From: Eledone cirrhosa
Lineage: Eukaryota
DNA: 64,000 nucleotides
Direction of reading: 5' to 3'
Assembly: GCA_964016885.1 (NCBI GenBank)
Contig: OZ024741.1
Span: 1,240,001-1,304,000, forward strand
The notes beneath the pieces were generated by a model. It did no database searches and had not been told where the DNA came from. It was given only the letters and a program-made list of their open reading frames with translations. A program made the position numbers and the translations under genes. Positions 34,433 through 49,400 of the stretch are shown here, in pieces (positions within the stretch are counted from its first letter, which is position 1; every line of letters begins with the position of its first letter).

Positions 34433-37400
34433 CAACATCTACCTACAGATAGATTATTAAAGGTAACAACTACCTACAGAGAGATTATTAAAGGTAACAT
34501 CTCCTACCTACAGATAGATTATTAAAGGTAACATCTACCTACAGATAGATTATTAAAGGTAACATCTCCTACCTACATATAGATTATTAAAGGTAACATC
34601 TCCTACCTACAGATAGATTATTAAAGGTAACATCTCCTAACTACAGATAGATTATTAAAGGTAACATCTCCTACCTACAGATAGACTATTAAAGGTAACA
34701 TCTACCTACAGATAGAATATTAAAGGTAACATCTCCTACCTACAGATAGATTAATAAAAGTAACATCTACCTACAGATAGATTATTAAAGGCAACATCTC
34801 CTACCTACAGATAGATTAATAAAAGTAACATCTCCTACCTACAGATAGATTATTAAAGGTAACATCTACCTACAGATAGAATATTAAAGGTAACATCTCC
34901 TACCAACAGATAGATTATTAAAGGTAACATCTACCTACAGATAGGTTATTAAAGGTAACATCTACCTACAGATAGATTATTCAAGGTAACATCTCCTACC
35001 TACAGATAGATTATTAAAGGTAACATCTCCTACCTACAGATAGATTATTAAAGGTAACATCTCCTACCTACAGATAGATTATTAAAGGTAACATCTACCT
35101 ACAGATAGATTATTAAAGACAACATCTCCTGCAGATAGATTATTAAAGGTAACATCTCCTACCTACAGATAGATTATTAAAGGTGACATCTCCTAAATAC
35201 AGATAGATTATTAAAGGTAACATCTACCTACAGATAGATTATTAAAGGTAACATCTCCTACCTACAGATAGATTATTAAAGGTAACATCTCCTACCTACA
35301 GATAGATTATTAAAGGTAACATCTCCTACCTACAGATAGATTATTAAAGGTAACATCTACCTACAGATAGATTATTAAAGGTAAGATCTACCTACAGATA
35401 GATTATTAAAGGTAACATCTCCTACCTACAGATAGATTATTAAAGGTAACATCTCCTACATACAGATAGATTATTAAAGGTAACATCTCCTACCTACAGA
35501 TAGATTATTAAAGGTAACATCTACTACCTACGGATAGATTATTAAAGGTAACATCTCCTACATACAGATAGATTATTAAAGGTAACATCTCCTACATACA
35601 GATAGATTATTAAAGGTAACATCTCCTACCTACAGATAGATTATTAAAGGTAACATCTACTACCTACGGATAGATTATTAAAGACAACATCTCCTACCTA
35701 CAGATAGATTATTAAAGGTAACATCTCCTACCTACAGATAGATTATTAAAAGTAACATCTCCTACCTACAGATAGATTATTAAAGGTAACATCTACCTAC
35801 CTACAGAGAGATTATTAAAGGTAACATCTACCTACAGATAGATTATTAAAGGTAACATCTAGCTACCTACAGATAGATTATTAAAGGCAACATCTCCTAC
35901 AGATAGATTATTAAAGACAACATCCCCTACCTACAGATAGATTATTAAAGGTAACATCTCCTACCTACAGATAGATTATTAAAGGTAACATCTCCTACCT
36001 ACAGATAGATTATTAAATGTAACATCTACCTACCTACAGATAGATTATAAAAGACAACATCTCCTACCTACAGATAGATTGTTAAAGGTACCATCTACCT
36101 ACAGATACATTATTAAAGGTAACATCTCCTACCTACACATAGATTATTAAAGATAACATCTACTACCTACAGTTAGATTATTAAAGGTAACATCTATCTA
36201 CAGATAGATTATTAAAGGTAACATCTCCTACCTACAGATAGATTATTAAAGGTAACATCTACCTACAAATAGATTATTAAAGGTAACATCTCCTACCTGC
36301 AGATAGATTATTAAAGGTAACATCTCCTACCTACAGATAGATTATTAAAGGTAACATCTACCTACAGATAGATTATTAAAGGTAACATCTCCTACCTACA
36401 GATAGATTATTAAAGGTAACATCTACCTACAGATAGATTATTAAAAGTAACATCTCCTACATACAGATAGATTATTAAAGGTAACATCTACTACCTACAG
36501 ATAGATTATTAAAGGTAACATCTCCTACCTACAGATAGATTATTAAAGGTAACATCTCCTACCTACAGATAGATTATTAAAGGTAACATCTACCTACAGA
36601 TAGATTATTAAAGGTAACATCTCCTACCTACAGATAGATTATTAAAGGTAACATCTACCTACAGATAGATTATTAAAGGTAACATCTACTACCTACAGAT
36701 AGATTATTAAAGGTAACATCTCCTACCTACAGATAGATTATTAAAGGTAACATCTCCTACCTACAGATACATTATTAAAGGTAACATCTCCTACCTACAG
36801 ATAGATTATTTAAGGTAACATCTACCTACAGATAGATTATTAAAAACAATATCTCCTACCTACAGATAGATTATTAAAGGTAACATCTACCTACAGATAG
36901 ATAATTAAAGGTAACATCTACCTACAGATAGATTATTAAAGGTAACATCTACCTACAGATAGATTATTAAAGGTAACATCTACTACCTACAGATAGATTA
37001 TTAAAGGTAACATCTCCTACCTACAGATAGATTATTAAAGGTAACTTCTACCTACAGATAGATTATTAAAGGTAACATCTCCTGCCTTACAGATAGATTA
37101 TTAAAGGTAACATCTACCTACAGATAGATTATTAAAGGTAACATCTACCTACAGATAGATTATTAAAGGTAATATCTCCTACCTACAGATAGATTATTAA
37201 AGACAACATCTCCTACCTACAGATAGATTATTAAAGGTAACATCTACCTACAGATAGATTATTAAAGGTAACATCTCCTAATTACAGATAGATTATTAAA
37301 GACAACATCTCCTACCTAAAGATAGATTATTAAACGTAACATCTCCTACCTACAGATAGATTATTAAAGGTAACATCTCCTACCTACAGATAGATTATTA

Positions 37401-40400
37401 AAGGTAACATCTACCTACAGATAGATGATTAAACTTAACATCTCCTACCTACAGATAGATTATTAAAGGTAACATCTAACTACAGATAGATTATTAAAGG
37501 TAACATCTCCTACCTACAGATAGATTATTAAAGGTAACATCTACTACCTACAGATAGATTATTAAAGGTAACATCTCCTACCTACAGATAGATTATTAAA
37601 GGTAACATCTCCCACCTACAGATAGATTATTAAAGGTAACATCTCCCACCTACAGATAGATTATTAAAGGTAACATCTACCTACAGATAGATTATTAAAA
37701 GTAACATCTCCTACCTACAGATAGATTATTAAAGGTAACATCTACCTACAGATAGATTATTAAAGGTAACATCTCCTATCTACAGATAGATTATTAAAGG
37801 TAACATCTCCTACCTACAGATAGATTATTAAAGGTAACATCTCCTACCTACAGATAGATTATTAAAGGTAACATCTACCTACAGATAGATTATTAAAGAC
37901 AACATCTCCTACCTACAGATAGATTATTAAAGGTAACATCTACCTACAGATAGATTATTAAAGGTAACATCTCCTACCTACAGATAGATTATTAAAGGTA
38001 ACATCTACCTACAGATAGATTATTAAAAGTAACATCTCCTACATACAGATAGATTATTAAAGGTAACATCTACTACCTACAGATAGATTATTAAAGGTAA
38101 CATCTCCTACCTACAGATAGATTATTAAAGGTAACATCTCCTACCTAAAGATAGATTATTAAAGGTAACATCTCCTACCTACAGATAGATTATTAAAGGT
38201 AACATCTACCTACAGATAGATTATTAAAGGTAACATCTCCTACCTACAGATAGATTATTAAAGACAACATCTCCTACCTACAGATAGATTATTAAAGGTA
38301 ACATCTACCTACAGATAGATGATTAAACTTAACATCTCCTACCTACAGATAGATTATTAAAGGTAACATCTAACTACAGATAGATTATTAAAGGTAACAT
38401 CTCCTACCTACAGATAGATTATTAAAGGTAACATCTACTACCTACAGATAGATTATTAAAGGTAACATCTCCTACCTACAGATAGATTATTAAAGGTAAC
38501 ATCTCCTACCTACAGATAGATTATTAAAGGTAACATCTCCCACCTACAGATAGATTATTAAAGGTAACATCTACCTACAGATAGATTATTAAAAGTAACA
38601 TCTCCTACCTACAGATAGATTATTAAAGGTAACATCTACCTACAGATAGATTATTAAAGGTAACATCTCCTATCTACAGATAGATTATTAAAGGTAACAT
38701 CTCCAACCTACAGATAGATTATTAAAGGTAACATCTCCTACCTACAGATAGATTATTAAAGGTAACATCTACCTACAGATAGATTATTAAAGACAACATC
38801 TCCTACCTACAGATAGATTATTAAAGGTAACATCTACCTACAGATAGATTATTAAAGGTAACATCTCCTACCTACAGATAGATTATTAAAGGTAACATCT
38901 ACCTACAGATAGATTATTAAAGACAACATCTCCTACCTACAGATAGATTATTAAAGGTAACATCTACCTACAGATAGATTATTAAAGGTAACATCTCCTA
39001 TCTACAGATAGATTATTAAAAACAACATCTCCTACCTACAGATAGATTATTAAATGTAACATCTAACTACAGATAGATTATTTAAGGTAACATCTCCTAC
39101 CTACAAATAGATTATTAAAAGTAACAACTCCTACCTACAGATAGATTATTAAAGGTAACATCTCCTACCTACAGATAGATTATTAAAGGTAACATCTACC
39201 TACAGATAGATTATTAAAGGTAACATCTACCTACAGATAGATTATTAAAGATAACATCTCCTAACTACAGATAGATTATTAAAGGTAACATCTACCTACA
39301 GATAGAATATTAAAGGTAACATCTACCTACAGATAGAATATTAAAGGTAACATCTCCTACCTACAGATAGATTAATAAAAGTAACATCTACCTACAGATA
39401 GATTATTAAAGACAACATCTCCTGCAGATAGATTATTAAAGGTAACATCTACCTACAGATAGATTATTAAAGGTAACATCTCCTACCTACAGATAGATTA
39501 TTAAAGGTAACATCTCCTACCTACAGATAGATTATTAAAGGTAACATCTCCTACCTACAGATAGATTATTAAAGGTAACATCTACCTACAGATAGATTAT
39601 TAAAGGTAAGATCTACCTACAGATAGATTATTAAAGGTAACATCTCCTACCTACAGATAGATTATTAAAGGTAACATCTCCTACATACAGATAGATTATT
39701 AAAGGTAACATCTCCTACCTACAGATAGATTATTAAAGGTAACATCTACTACCTACGGATAGATTATTAAAGGTAACATCTCCTACATACAGATAGATTA
39801 TTAAAGGTAACATCTCCTACATACAGATAGATTATTAAAGGTAACATCTCCTACCTACAGATAGATTATTAAAGGTAACATCTACTACCTACGGATAGAT
39901 TATTAAAGACAACATCTCCTACCTACAGATAGATTATTAAAGGTAACATCTCCTACCTACAGATAGATTATTAAAAGTAACATCTCCTACCTACAGATAG
40001 ATTATTAAAGGTAACATCTACCTACCTACAGAGAGATTATTAAAGGTAACATCTACCTACAGATAGATTATTAAAGGTAACATCTAGCTACCTACAGATA
40101 GATTATTAAAGGCAACATCTCCTACAGATAGATTATTAAAGACAACATCCCCTACCTACAGATAGATTATTAAAGGTAACATCTCCTACCTACAGATAGA
40201 TTATTAAAGGTAACATCTCCTACCTACAGATAGATTATTAAATGTAACATCTACCCACCTACAGATAGATTATAAAAGACAACATCTCCTACCTACAGAT
40301 AGATTGTTAAAGGTACCATCTACCTACAGATACATTATTAAAGGTAACATCTCCTACCTACACATAGATTATTAAAGATAACATCTACTACCTACAGTTA

Positions 40401-43400
40401 GATTATTAAAGGTAACATCTATCTACAGATAGATTATTAAAGGTAACATCTCCCACCTACAGATAGATTATTAAAGGTAACATCTACCTACAAATAGATT
40501 ATTAAAGGTAACATCTCCTACCTGCAGATAGATTATTAAAGGTAACATCTCCTACCTACAGATAGATTATTAAAGGTAACATCTACCTACAGATAGATTA
40601 TTAAAGGTAACATCTCCTACCTACAGATAGATTATTAAAGGTAACATCTACCTACAGATAGATTATTAAAAGTAACATCTCCTACATACAGATAGATTAT
40701 TAAAGGTAACATCTACTACCTACAGATAGATTATTAAAGGTAACATCTCCTACCTACAGATAGATTATTAAAGGTAACATCTCCTACCTACAGATAGATT
40801 ATTAAAGGTAACATCTACCTACAGATAGATTATTAAAGGTAACATCTCCTACCTACAGATAGATTATTAAAGGTAACATCTACCTACAGATAGATTATTA
40901 AAGGTAACATCTACTACCTACAGATAGATTATTAAAGGTAACATCTCCTACCTACAGATAGATTATTAAAGGTAACATCTCCTACCTACAGATACATTAT
41001 TAAAGGTAACATCTCCTACCTACAGATAGATTATTTAAGGTAACATCTACCTACAGATAGATTATTAAAAACAATATCTCCTACCTACAGATAGATTATT
41101 AAAGGTAACATCTACCTACAGATAGATAATTAAAGGTAACATCTACCTACAGATAGATTATTAAAGGTAACATCTACCTACAGATAGATTATTAAAGGTA
41201 ACATCTACTACCTACAGATAGATTATTAAAGGTAACATCTCCTACCTACAGATAGATTATTAAAGGTAACTTCTACCTACAGATAGATTATTAAAGGTAA
41301 CATCTCCTGCCTTACAGATAGATCATTAAAGGTAACATCTACCTACAGATAGATTATTAAAGGTAACATCTACCTACAGATAGATTATTAAAGGTAACAT
41401 CTCCTACCTACAGATAGATTATTAAAGACAACATCTCCTACCTACAGATAGATTATTAAAGGTAACATCTACCTACAGATAGATTATTAAAGGTAACATC
41501 TCCTAATTACAGATAGATTATTAAAGACAACATCTCCTACCTAAAGATAGATTATTAAACGTAACATCTCCTACCTACAGATAGATTATTAAAGGTAACA
41601 TCTCCTACCTACAGATAGATTATTAAAGGTAACATCTACCTACAGATAGATGATTAAACTTAACATCTCCTACCTACAGATAGATTATTAAAGGTAACAT
41701 CTAACTACAGATAGATTATTAAAGGTAACATCTCCTACCTACAGATAGATTATTAAAGGTAACATCTACTACCTACAGATAGATTATTAAAGGTAACATC
41801 TCCTACCTACAGATAGATTATTAAAGGTAACATCTCCTACCTACAGATAGATTATTAAAGGTAACATCTCCCACCTACAGATAGATTATTAAAGGTAACA
41901 TCTCCTACCTACAGATAGATTATTAAAGGTAACATCTACCTACAGATAGATTATTAAAAGTAACATCTCCTACCTACAGATAGATTATTAAAGGTAACAT
42001 CTACCTACAGATAGATTATTAAAGGTAACATCTCCTATCTACAGATAGATTATTAAAGGTAACATCTCCTACCTACAGATAGATTATTAAAGGTAACATC
42101 TCCTACCTACAGATAGATTATTAAAGGTAACATCTACCTACAGATAGATTATTAAAGACAACATCTCCTACCTACAGATAGATTATTAAAGGTAACATCT
42201 ACCTACAGATAGATTATTAAAGGTAACATCTCCTACCTACAGATAGATTATTAAAGGTAACATCTACCTACAGATAGATTATTAAAGGTAACATCTCCTA
42301 CCTACAGATAGATTATTAAAGGTAACATCTAACTACAGATAGATTATTAAAAGTAACATCTCCTACATACAGATAGATTATTAAAGGTAACATCTACTAC
42401 CTACAGATAGATTATTAAAGGTAACATCTCCTACCTACAGATAGATTATTAAAGGTAACATCTCCTACCTAAAGATAGATTATTAAAGGTAACATCTCCT
42501 ACCTACAGATAGATTATTAAAGGTAACATCTACCTACAGATAGATTATTAAAGGTAACATCTCCTACCTACAGATAGATTATTAAAGGTAACATGTCCTA
42601 CCTACAGATAGATTATTAAAGGTAACATCTACCTACAGATAGATGATTAAACTTAACATCTCCTACCTACAGATAGATTATTAAAGGTAACATCTAACTA
42701 CAGATAGATTATTAAAGGTAACATCTCCTACCTACAGATAGATTATTAAAGGTAACATCTACTACCTACAGATAGATTATTAAAGGTAACATCTCCTACC
42801 TACAGATAGATTATTAAAGGTAACATCTCCTACCTACAGATAGATTATTAAAGGTTACATCTCCCACCTACAGATAGATTATTAAAGGTAACATCTACCT
42901 ACAGATAGATTATTAAAAGTAACATCTCCTACCTACAGATAGATTATTAAAGGTAACATCTACCTACAGATAGATTATTAAAGGTAACATCTCCTATCTA
43001 CAGATAGATTATTAAAGGTAACATCTCCTACCTACAGATAGATTATTAAAGGTAACATCTCCTACCTACAGATAGATTATTAAAGGTAACATCTACCTAC
43101 AGATAGATTATTAAAGACAACATCTCCTACCTACAGATAGATTATTAAAGGTAACATCTACCTACAGATAGATTATTAAAGGTAACATCTCCTACCTACA
43201 GATAGATTATTAAAGGTAACATCTACCTACAGATAGATTATTAAAGACAACATCTCCTACCTACAGATAGATTATTAAAGGTAACATCTACCTACAGATA
43301 GATTATTAAAGGTAACATCTCCTATCTACAGATAGATTATTAAAAACAACATCTCCTACCTACAGATAGATTATTAAATGTAACATCTAACTACAGATAG

Positions 43401-46400
43401 ATTATTTAAGGTAACATCTCCTACCTACAAATAGATTATTAAAGGTAACAACTCCTACCTACAGATAGATTATTAAAGGTAACATCTCCTACCTACAGAT
43501 AGATTATTAAAGGTAACATCTACCTACAGATAGATTATTAAAGGTAACATCTACCTACAGATAGATTATTAAAGATAACATCTCCTAACTACAGATAGAT
43601 TATTAAAGGTAACATCTACCTACAGATAGACTATTAAAGGTAACATCTACCTACAGATAGAATATTAAAGGTAACATCTCCTACCTACAGATAGATTAAT
43701 AAAAGTAACATCTACCTACAGATAGATTATTAAAGGCAACATCTCCTACCTACAGATAGATTAATAAAAGTAACATCTCCTACCTACAGATAGATTATTA
43801 AAGGTAACATCTACCTACAGATAGAATATTAAAGGTAACATCTCCTACCATCAGATAGATTATTAAAGGTAACATCTACCTACAGATAGGTTATTAAAGG
43901 TAACATCTACCTACAGATAGATTATTCAAGGTAACATCTCCTACCTACAGATAGATTATTAAAGGTAACATCTCCTACCTACAGATAGATTATTAAAGGT
44001 AACATCTCCTACCTACAGATAGATTATTAAAGGTAACATCTACTTACAGATAGATTATTAAAGACAACATCTCCTGCAGATAGATTATTAAAGGTAACAT
44101 CTCCTACCTACAGATAGATTATTAAAGGTAACATCTCCTAAATACAGATAGATTATTAAAGGTAACATCTACCTACAGATAGATTATTAAAGGTAACATC
44201 TCCTACCTACAGATAGATTATTAAAGGTAACATCTCCTACCTACAGATAGAATATTAAAGGTAACATCTCCTACCTACAGATAGATTATTAAAGGTAACA
44301 TCTCCCACCTACAGATAGATTATTAAAGGTAACATCTACCTACAGATAGATTATTAAAAGTAACATCTCCTACCTACAGATAGATTATTAAAGGTAACAT
44401 CTACCTACAGATAGATTATTAAAGACAACATCTCCTACCTACAGATAGATTATTAAAGGTAACATCTACCTACAGATAGATTATTAAAGGTAACATCTCC
44501 TATCTACAGATAGATTATTAAAAACAACATCTCCTACCTACAGATAGATTATTAAATGTAACATCTAACTACAGATAGATTATTTAAGGTAACATCTCCT
44601 ACCTACAAATAGATTATTAAAGGTAACAACTCCTACCTACAGATAGATTATTAAAGGTAACATCTCCTACCTACAGATAGATTATTAAAGGTAACATCTA
44701 CCTACAGATAGATTATTAAAGGTAACATCTACCTACAGATAGATTATTAAAGATAACATCTCCTAACTACAGATAGATTATTAAAGGTAACATCTACCTA
44801 CAGATAGACTATTAAAGGTAACATCTACCTACAGATAGAATATAAAAGGTAACATCTCCTACCTACAGATAGATTAATAAAAGTAACATCTACCTACAGA
44901 TAGATTATTAAAGGCAACATCTCCTACCTACAGATAGATTAATAAAAGTAACATCTCCTACCTACAGATAGATTATTAAAGGTAACATCTACCTACAGAT
45001 AGAATATTAAAGGTAACATCTCCTACCAACAGATAGATTATTAAAGGTAACATCTACCTACAGATAGGTTATTAAAGGTAACATCTACCTACAGATAGAT
45101 TATTCAAGGTAACATCTCCTACCTACAGATAGATTATTAAAGGTAACATCTCCTACCTACAGATAGATTATTAAAGGTAACATCTACTTACAGATAGATT
45201 ATTAAAGACAACATCTCCTGCAGATAGATTATTAAAGGTAACATCTCCTACCTACAGATAGATTATTAAAGGTAACATCTCCTAAATACAGATAGATTAT
45301 TAAAGGTAACATCTACCTACAGATAGATTATTAAAGGTAACATCTCCTATCTACAGATAGATTATTAAAAACAACATCTCCTACCTACAGATAGATTATT
45401 AAATGTAACATCTAACTACAGATAGATTATTTAAGGTAACATCTCCTACCTACAAATAGATTATTAAAGGTAACAACTCCTACCTACAGATAGATTATTA
45501 AAGGTAACATCTCCTACCTACAGATAGATTATTAAAGGTAACATCTACCTACAGATAGATTATTAAAGGTAACATCTACCTACAGATAGATTATTAAAGA
45601 TAACATCTCCTAACTACAGATAGATTATTAAAGGTAACATCTACCTACAGATAGACTATTAAAGGTAACATCTACCTACAGATAGAATATTAAAGGTAAC
45701 ATCTCCTACCTACAGATAGATTAATAAAAGTAACATCTACCTACAGATAGATTATTAAAGGCAACATCTCCTACCTACAGATAGATTAATAAAAGTAACA
45801 TCTCCTACCTACAGATACATTATTAAAGGTAACATCTACCTACAGATAGAATATTAAAGGTAACATCTCCTACCAACAGATAGATTATTAAAGGTAACAT
45901 CTACCTACAGATAGGTTATTAAAGGTAACATCTACCTACAGATAGATTATTCAAGGTAACATCTCCTACCTACAGATAGATTATTAAAGGTAACATCTCC
46001 TACCTACAGATAGATTATTAAAGGTAACATCTCCTACCTACAGATAGATTATTAAAGGTAACATCTACTTACAGATAGATTATTAAAGACAACATCTCCT
46101 GCAGATAGATTATTAAAGGTAACATCTCCTACCTACATATAGATTATTAAAGGTAACATCTCCTAAATACAGATAGATTATTAAAGGTAACATCTACCTA
46201 CAGATAGATTATTAAAGGTAACATCTCCTACCTACAGATAGATTATTAAAGGTAACATCTCCTACCTACAGATAGATTATTAAAGGTAACATCTCCTACC
46301 TACAGATAGATTATTAAAGGTAACATCTCCCACCTACAGATACATTATTAAAGGTAACATCTACCTACAGATAGATTATTAAAAGTAACATCTCCTACCT

Positions 46401-49400
46401 ACAGATAGATTATTAAAGGTAACATCTACCTACAGATAGATTATTAAAGGTAACATCTCCTATCTACAGATAGATTATTAAAGGTAACATCTCCTACCTA
46501 CAGATAGATTATTAAAGGTAACATCTCCTACCTACAGATAGATTATTAAAGGTAACATCTACCTACAGATAGATTATTAAAGACAACATCTCCTACCTAC
46601 AGATAGATTATTAAAGGTAACATCTACCTACAGATAGATTATTAAAGGTAACATCTCCTACCTACTGATAGATTATTAAAGGTAACATCTACCTACAGAT
46701 AGATTATTAAAGACAACATCTCCTACCTACAGATAGGTTATTAAAGGTAACATCTACCTACAGATAGATTATTAAAGGTAACATCTCCTATCTACAGATA
46801 GATTATTAAAAACAACATCTCCTACCTACAGATAGATTATTAAATGTAACATCTAACTACAGATAGATTATTTAAGGTAACATCTCCTACCTACAAGTAG
46901 ATTATTAAAGGTAACAACTCCTACCTACAGATAGATTATTAAAGGTAACATCTCCTACCTACAGATAGATTATTAAAGGTAACATCTCCTACCTACAGAT
47001 AGATTATTAAATGTAACATCTCCTACCTAAAGATAGATTATTAAAGGTAACATCTCCTACCTACAGATAGATTATTAAAGGTAACATCTACCTACAGATA
47101 GATTATTAAAGGTAACATCTCCTACCTACAGATAGATTATTAAAGGTAACATGTCCTACCTACAGATAGATTATTAAAGGTAACATCTACCTACAGATAG
47201 ATGATTAAACTTAACATCTCCTACCTACAGATAGATTATTAAAGGTAACATCTAACTACAGATAGATTATTAAAGGTAACATCTCCTACCTACAGATAGA
47301 TTATTAAAGGTAACATCTACTACCTACAGATAGATTATTAAAGGTAACATCTCCTACCTACAGATAGATTATTAAAGGTAACATCTCCTACCTACAGATA
47401 GATTATTAAAGGTAACATCTCCCACCTACAGATAGATTATTAAAGGTAACATCTACCTACAGATAGATTATTAAAAGTAACATCTCCTACCTACAGATAG
47501 ATTATTAAAGGTAACATCTACCTACAGATAGATTATTAAAGGTAACATCTCCTATCTACAGATAGATTATTAAAGGTAACATCTCCAACCTACAGATAGA
47601 TTATTAAAGGTAACATCTCCTACCTACAGATAGATTATTAAAGGTAACATCTACCTACAGATAGATTATTAAAGACAACATCTCCTACCTACAGATAGAT
47701 TATTAAAGGTAACATCTACCTACAGATAGATTATTAAAGGTAACATCTCCTACCTACAGATAGATTATTAAAGGTAACATCTACCTACAGATAGATTATT
47801 AAAGACAACATCTCCTACCTACAGATAGATTATTAAAGGTAACATCTACCTACAGATAGATTATTAAAGGTAACATCTCCTATCTACAGATAGATTATTA
47901 AAAACAACATCTCCTACCTACAGATAGATTATTAAATGTAACATCTAACTACAGATAGATTATTTAAGGTAACATCTCCTACCTACAAATAGATTATTAA
48001 AGGTAACAACTCCTACCTACAGATAGATTATTAAAGGTAACATCTCCTACCTACAGATAGATTATTAAAGGTAACATCTACCTACAGATAGATTATTAAA
48101 GGTAACATCTACCTACAGATAGATTATTAAAGATAACATCTCCTAACTACAGATAGATTATTAAAGGTAACATCTACCTACAGATAGACTATTAAAGGTA
48201 ACATCTACCTACAGATAGAATATTAAAGGTAACATCTCCTACCTACAGATAGATTAATAAAAGTAACATCTACCTACAGATAGATTATTAAAGACAACAT
48301 CTCCTGCAGATAGATTATTAAAGGTAACATCTCCTACCTACAGATAGATTATTAAAGGTGACATCTCCTAAATACAGATAGATTATTAAAGGTAACATCT
48401 ACCTACAGATAGATTATTAAAGGTAACATCTCCTACCTACAGATAGATTATTAAAGGTAACATCTCCTACCTACAGATAGATTATTAAAGGTAACATCTC
48501 CTACCTACAGATAGATTATTAAAGGTAACATCTACCTACAGATAGATTATTAAAGGTAAGATCTACCTACAGATAGATTATTAAAGGTAACATCTCCTAC
48601 CTACAGATAGATTATTAAAGGTAACATCTCCTACATACAGATAGATTATTAAAGGTAACATCTCCTACCTACAGATAGATTATTAAAGGTAACATCTACT
48701 ACCTACGGATAGATTATTAAAGGTAACATCTCCTACATACAGATAGATTATTAAAGGTAACATCTCCTACATACAGATAGATTATTAAAGGTAACATCTC
48801 CTACCTACAGATAGATTATTAAAGGTAACATCTACTACCTACGGATAGATTATTAAAGACAACATCTCCTACCTACAGATAGATTATTAAAGGTAACATC
48901 TCCTACCTACAGATAGATTATTAAAAGTAACATCTCCTACCTACAGATAGATTATTAAAGGTAACATCTACCTACCTACAGAGAGATTATTAAAGGTAAC
49001 ATCTACCTACAGATAGATTATTAAAGGTAACATCTAGCTACCTACAGATAGATTATTAAAGGCAACATCTCCTACAGATAGATTATTAAAGACAACATCC
49101 CCTACCTACAGATAGATTATTAAAGGTAACATCTCCTACCTACAGATAGATTATTAAAGGTAACATCTCCTACCTACAGATAGATTATTAAATGTAACAT
49201 CTACCTACCTACAGATAGATTATAAAAGACAACATCTCCTACCTACAGATAGATTGTTAAAGGTACCATCTACCTACAGATACATTATTAAAGGTAACAT
49301 CTCCTACCTACACATAGATTATTAAAGATAACATCTACTACCTACAGTTAGATTATTAAAGGTAACATCTATCTACAGATAGATTATTAAAGGTAACATC

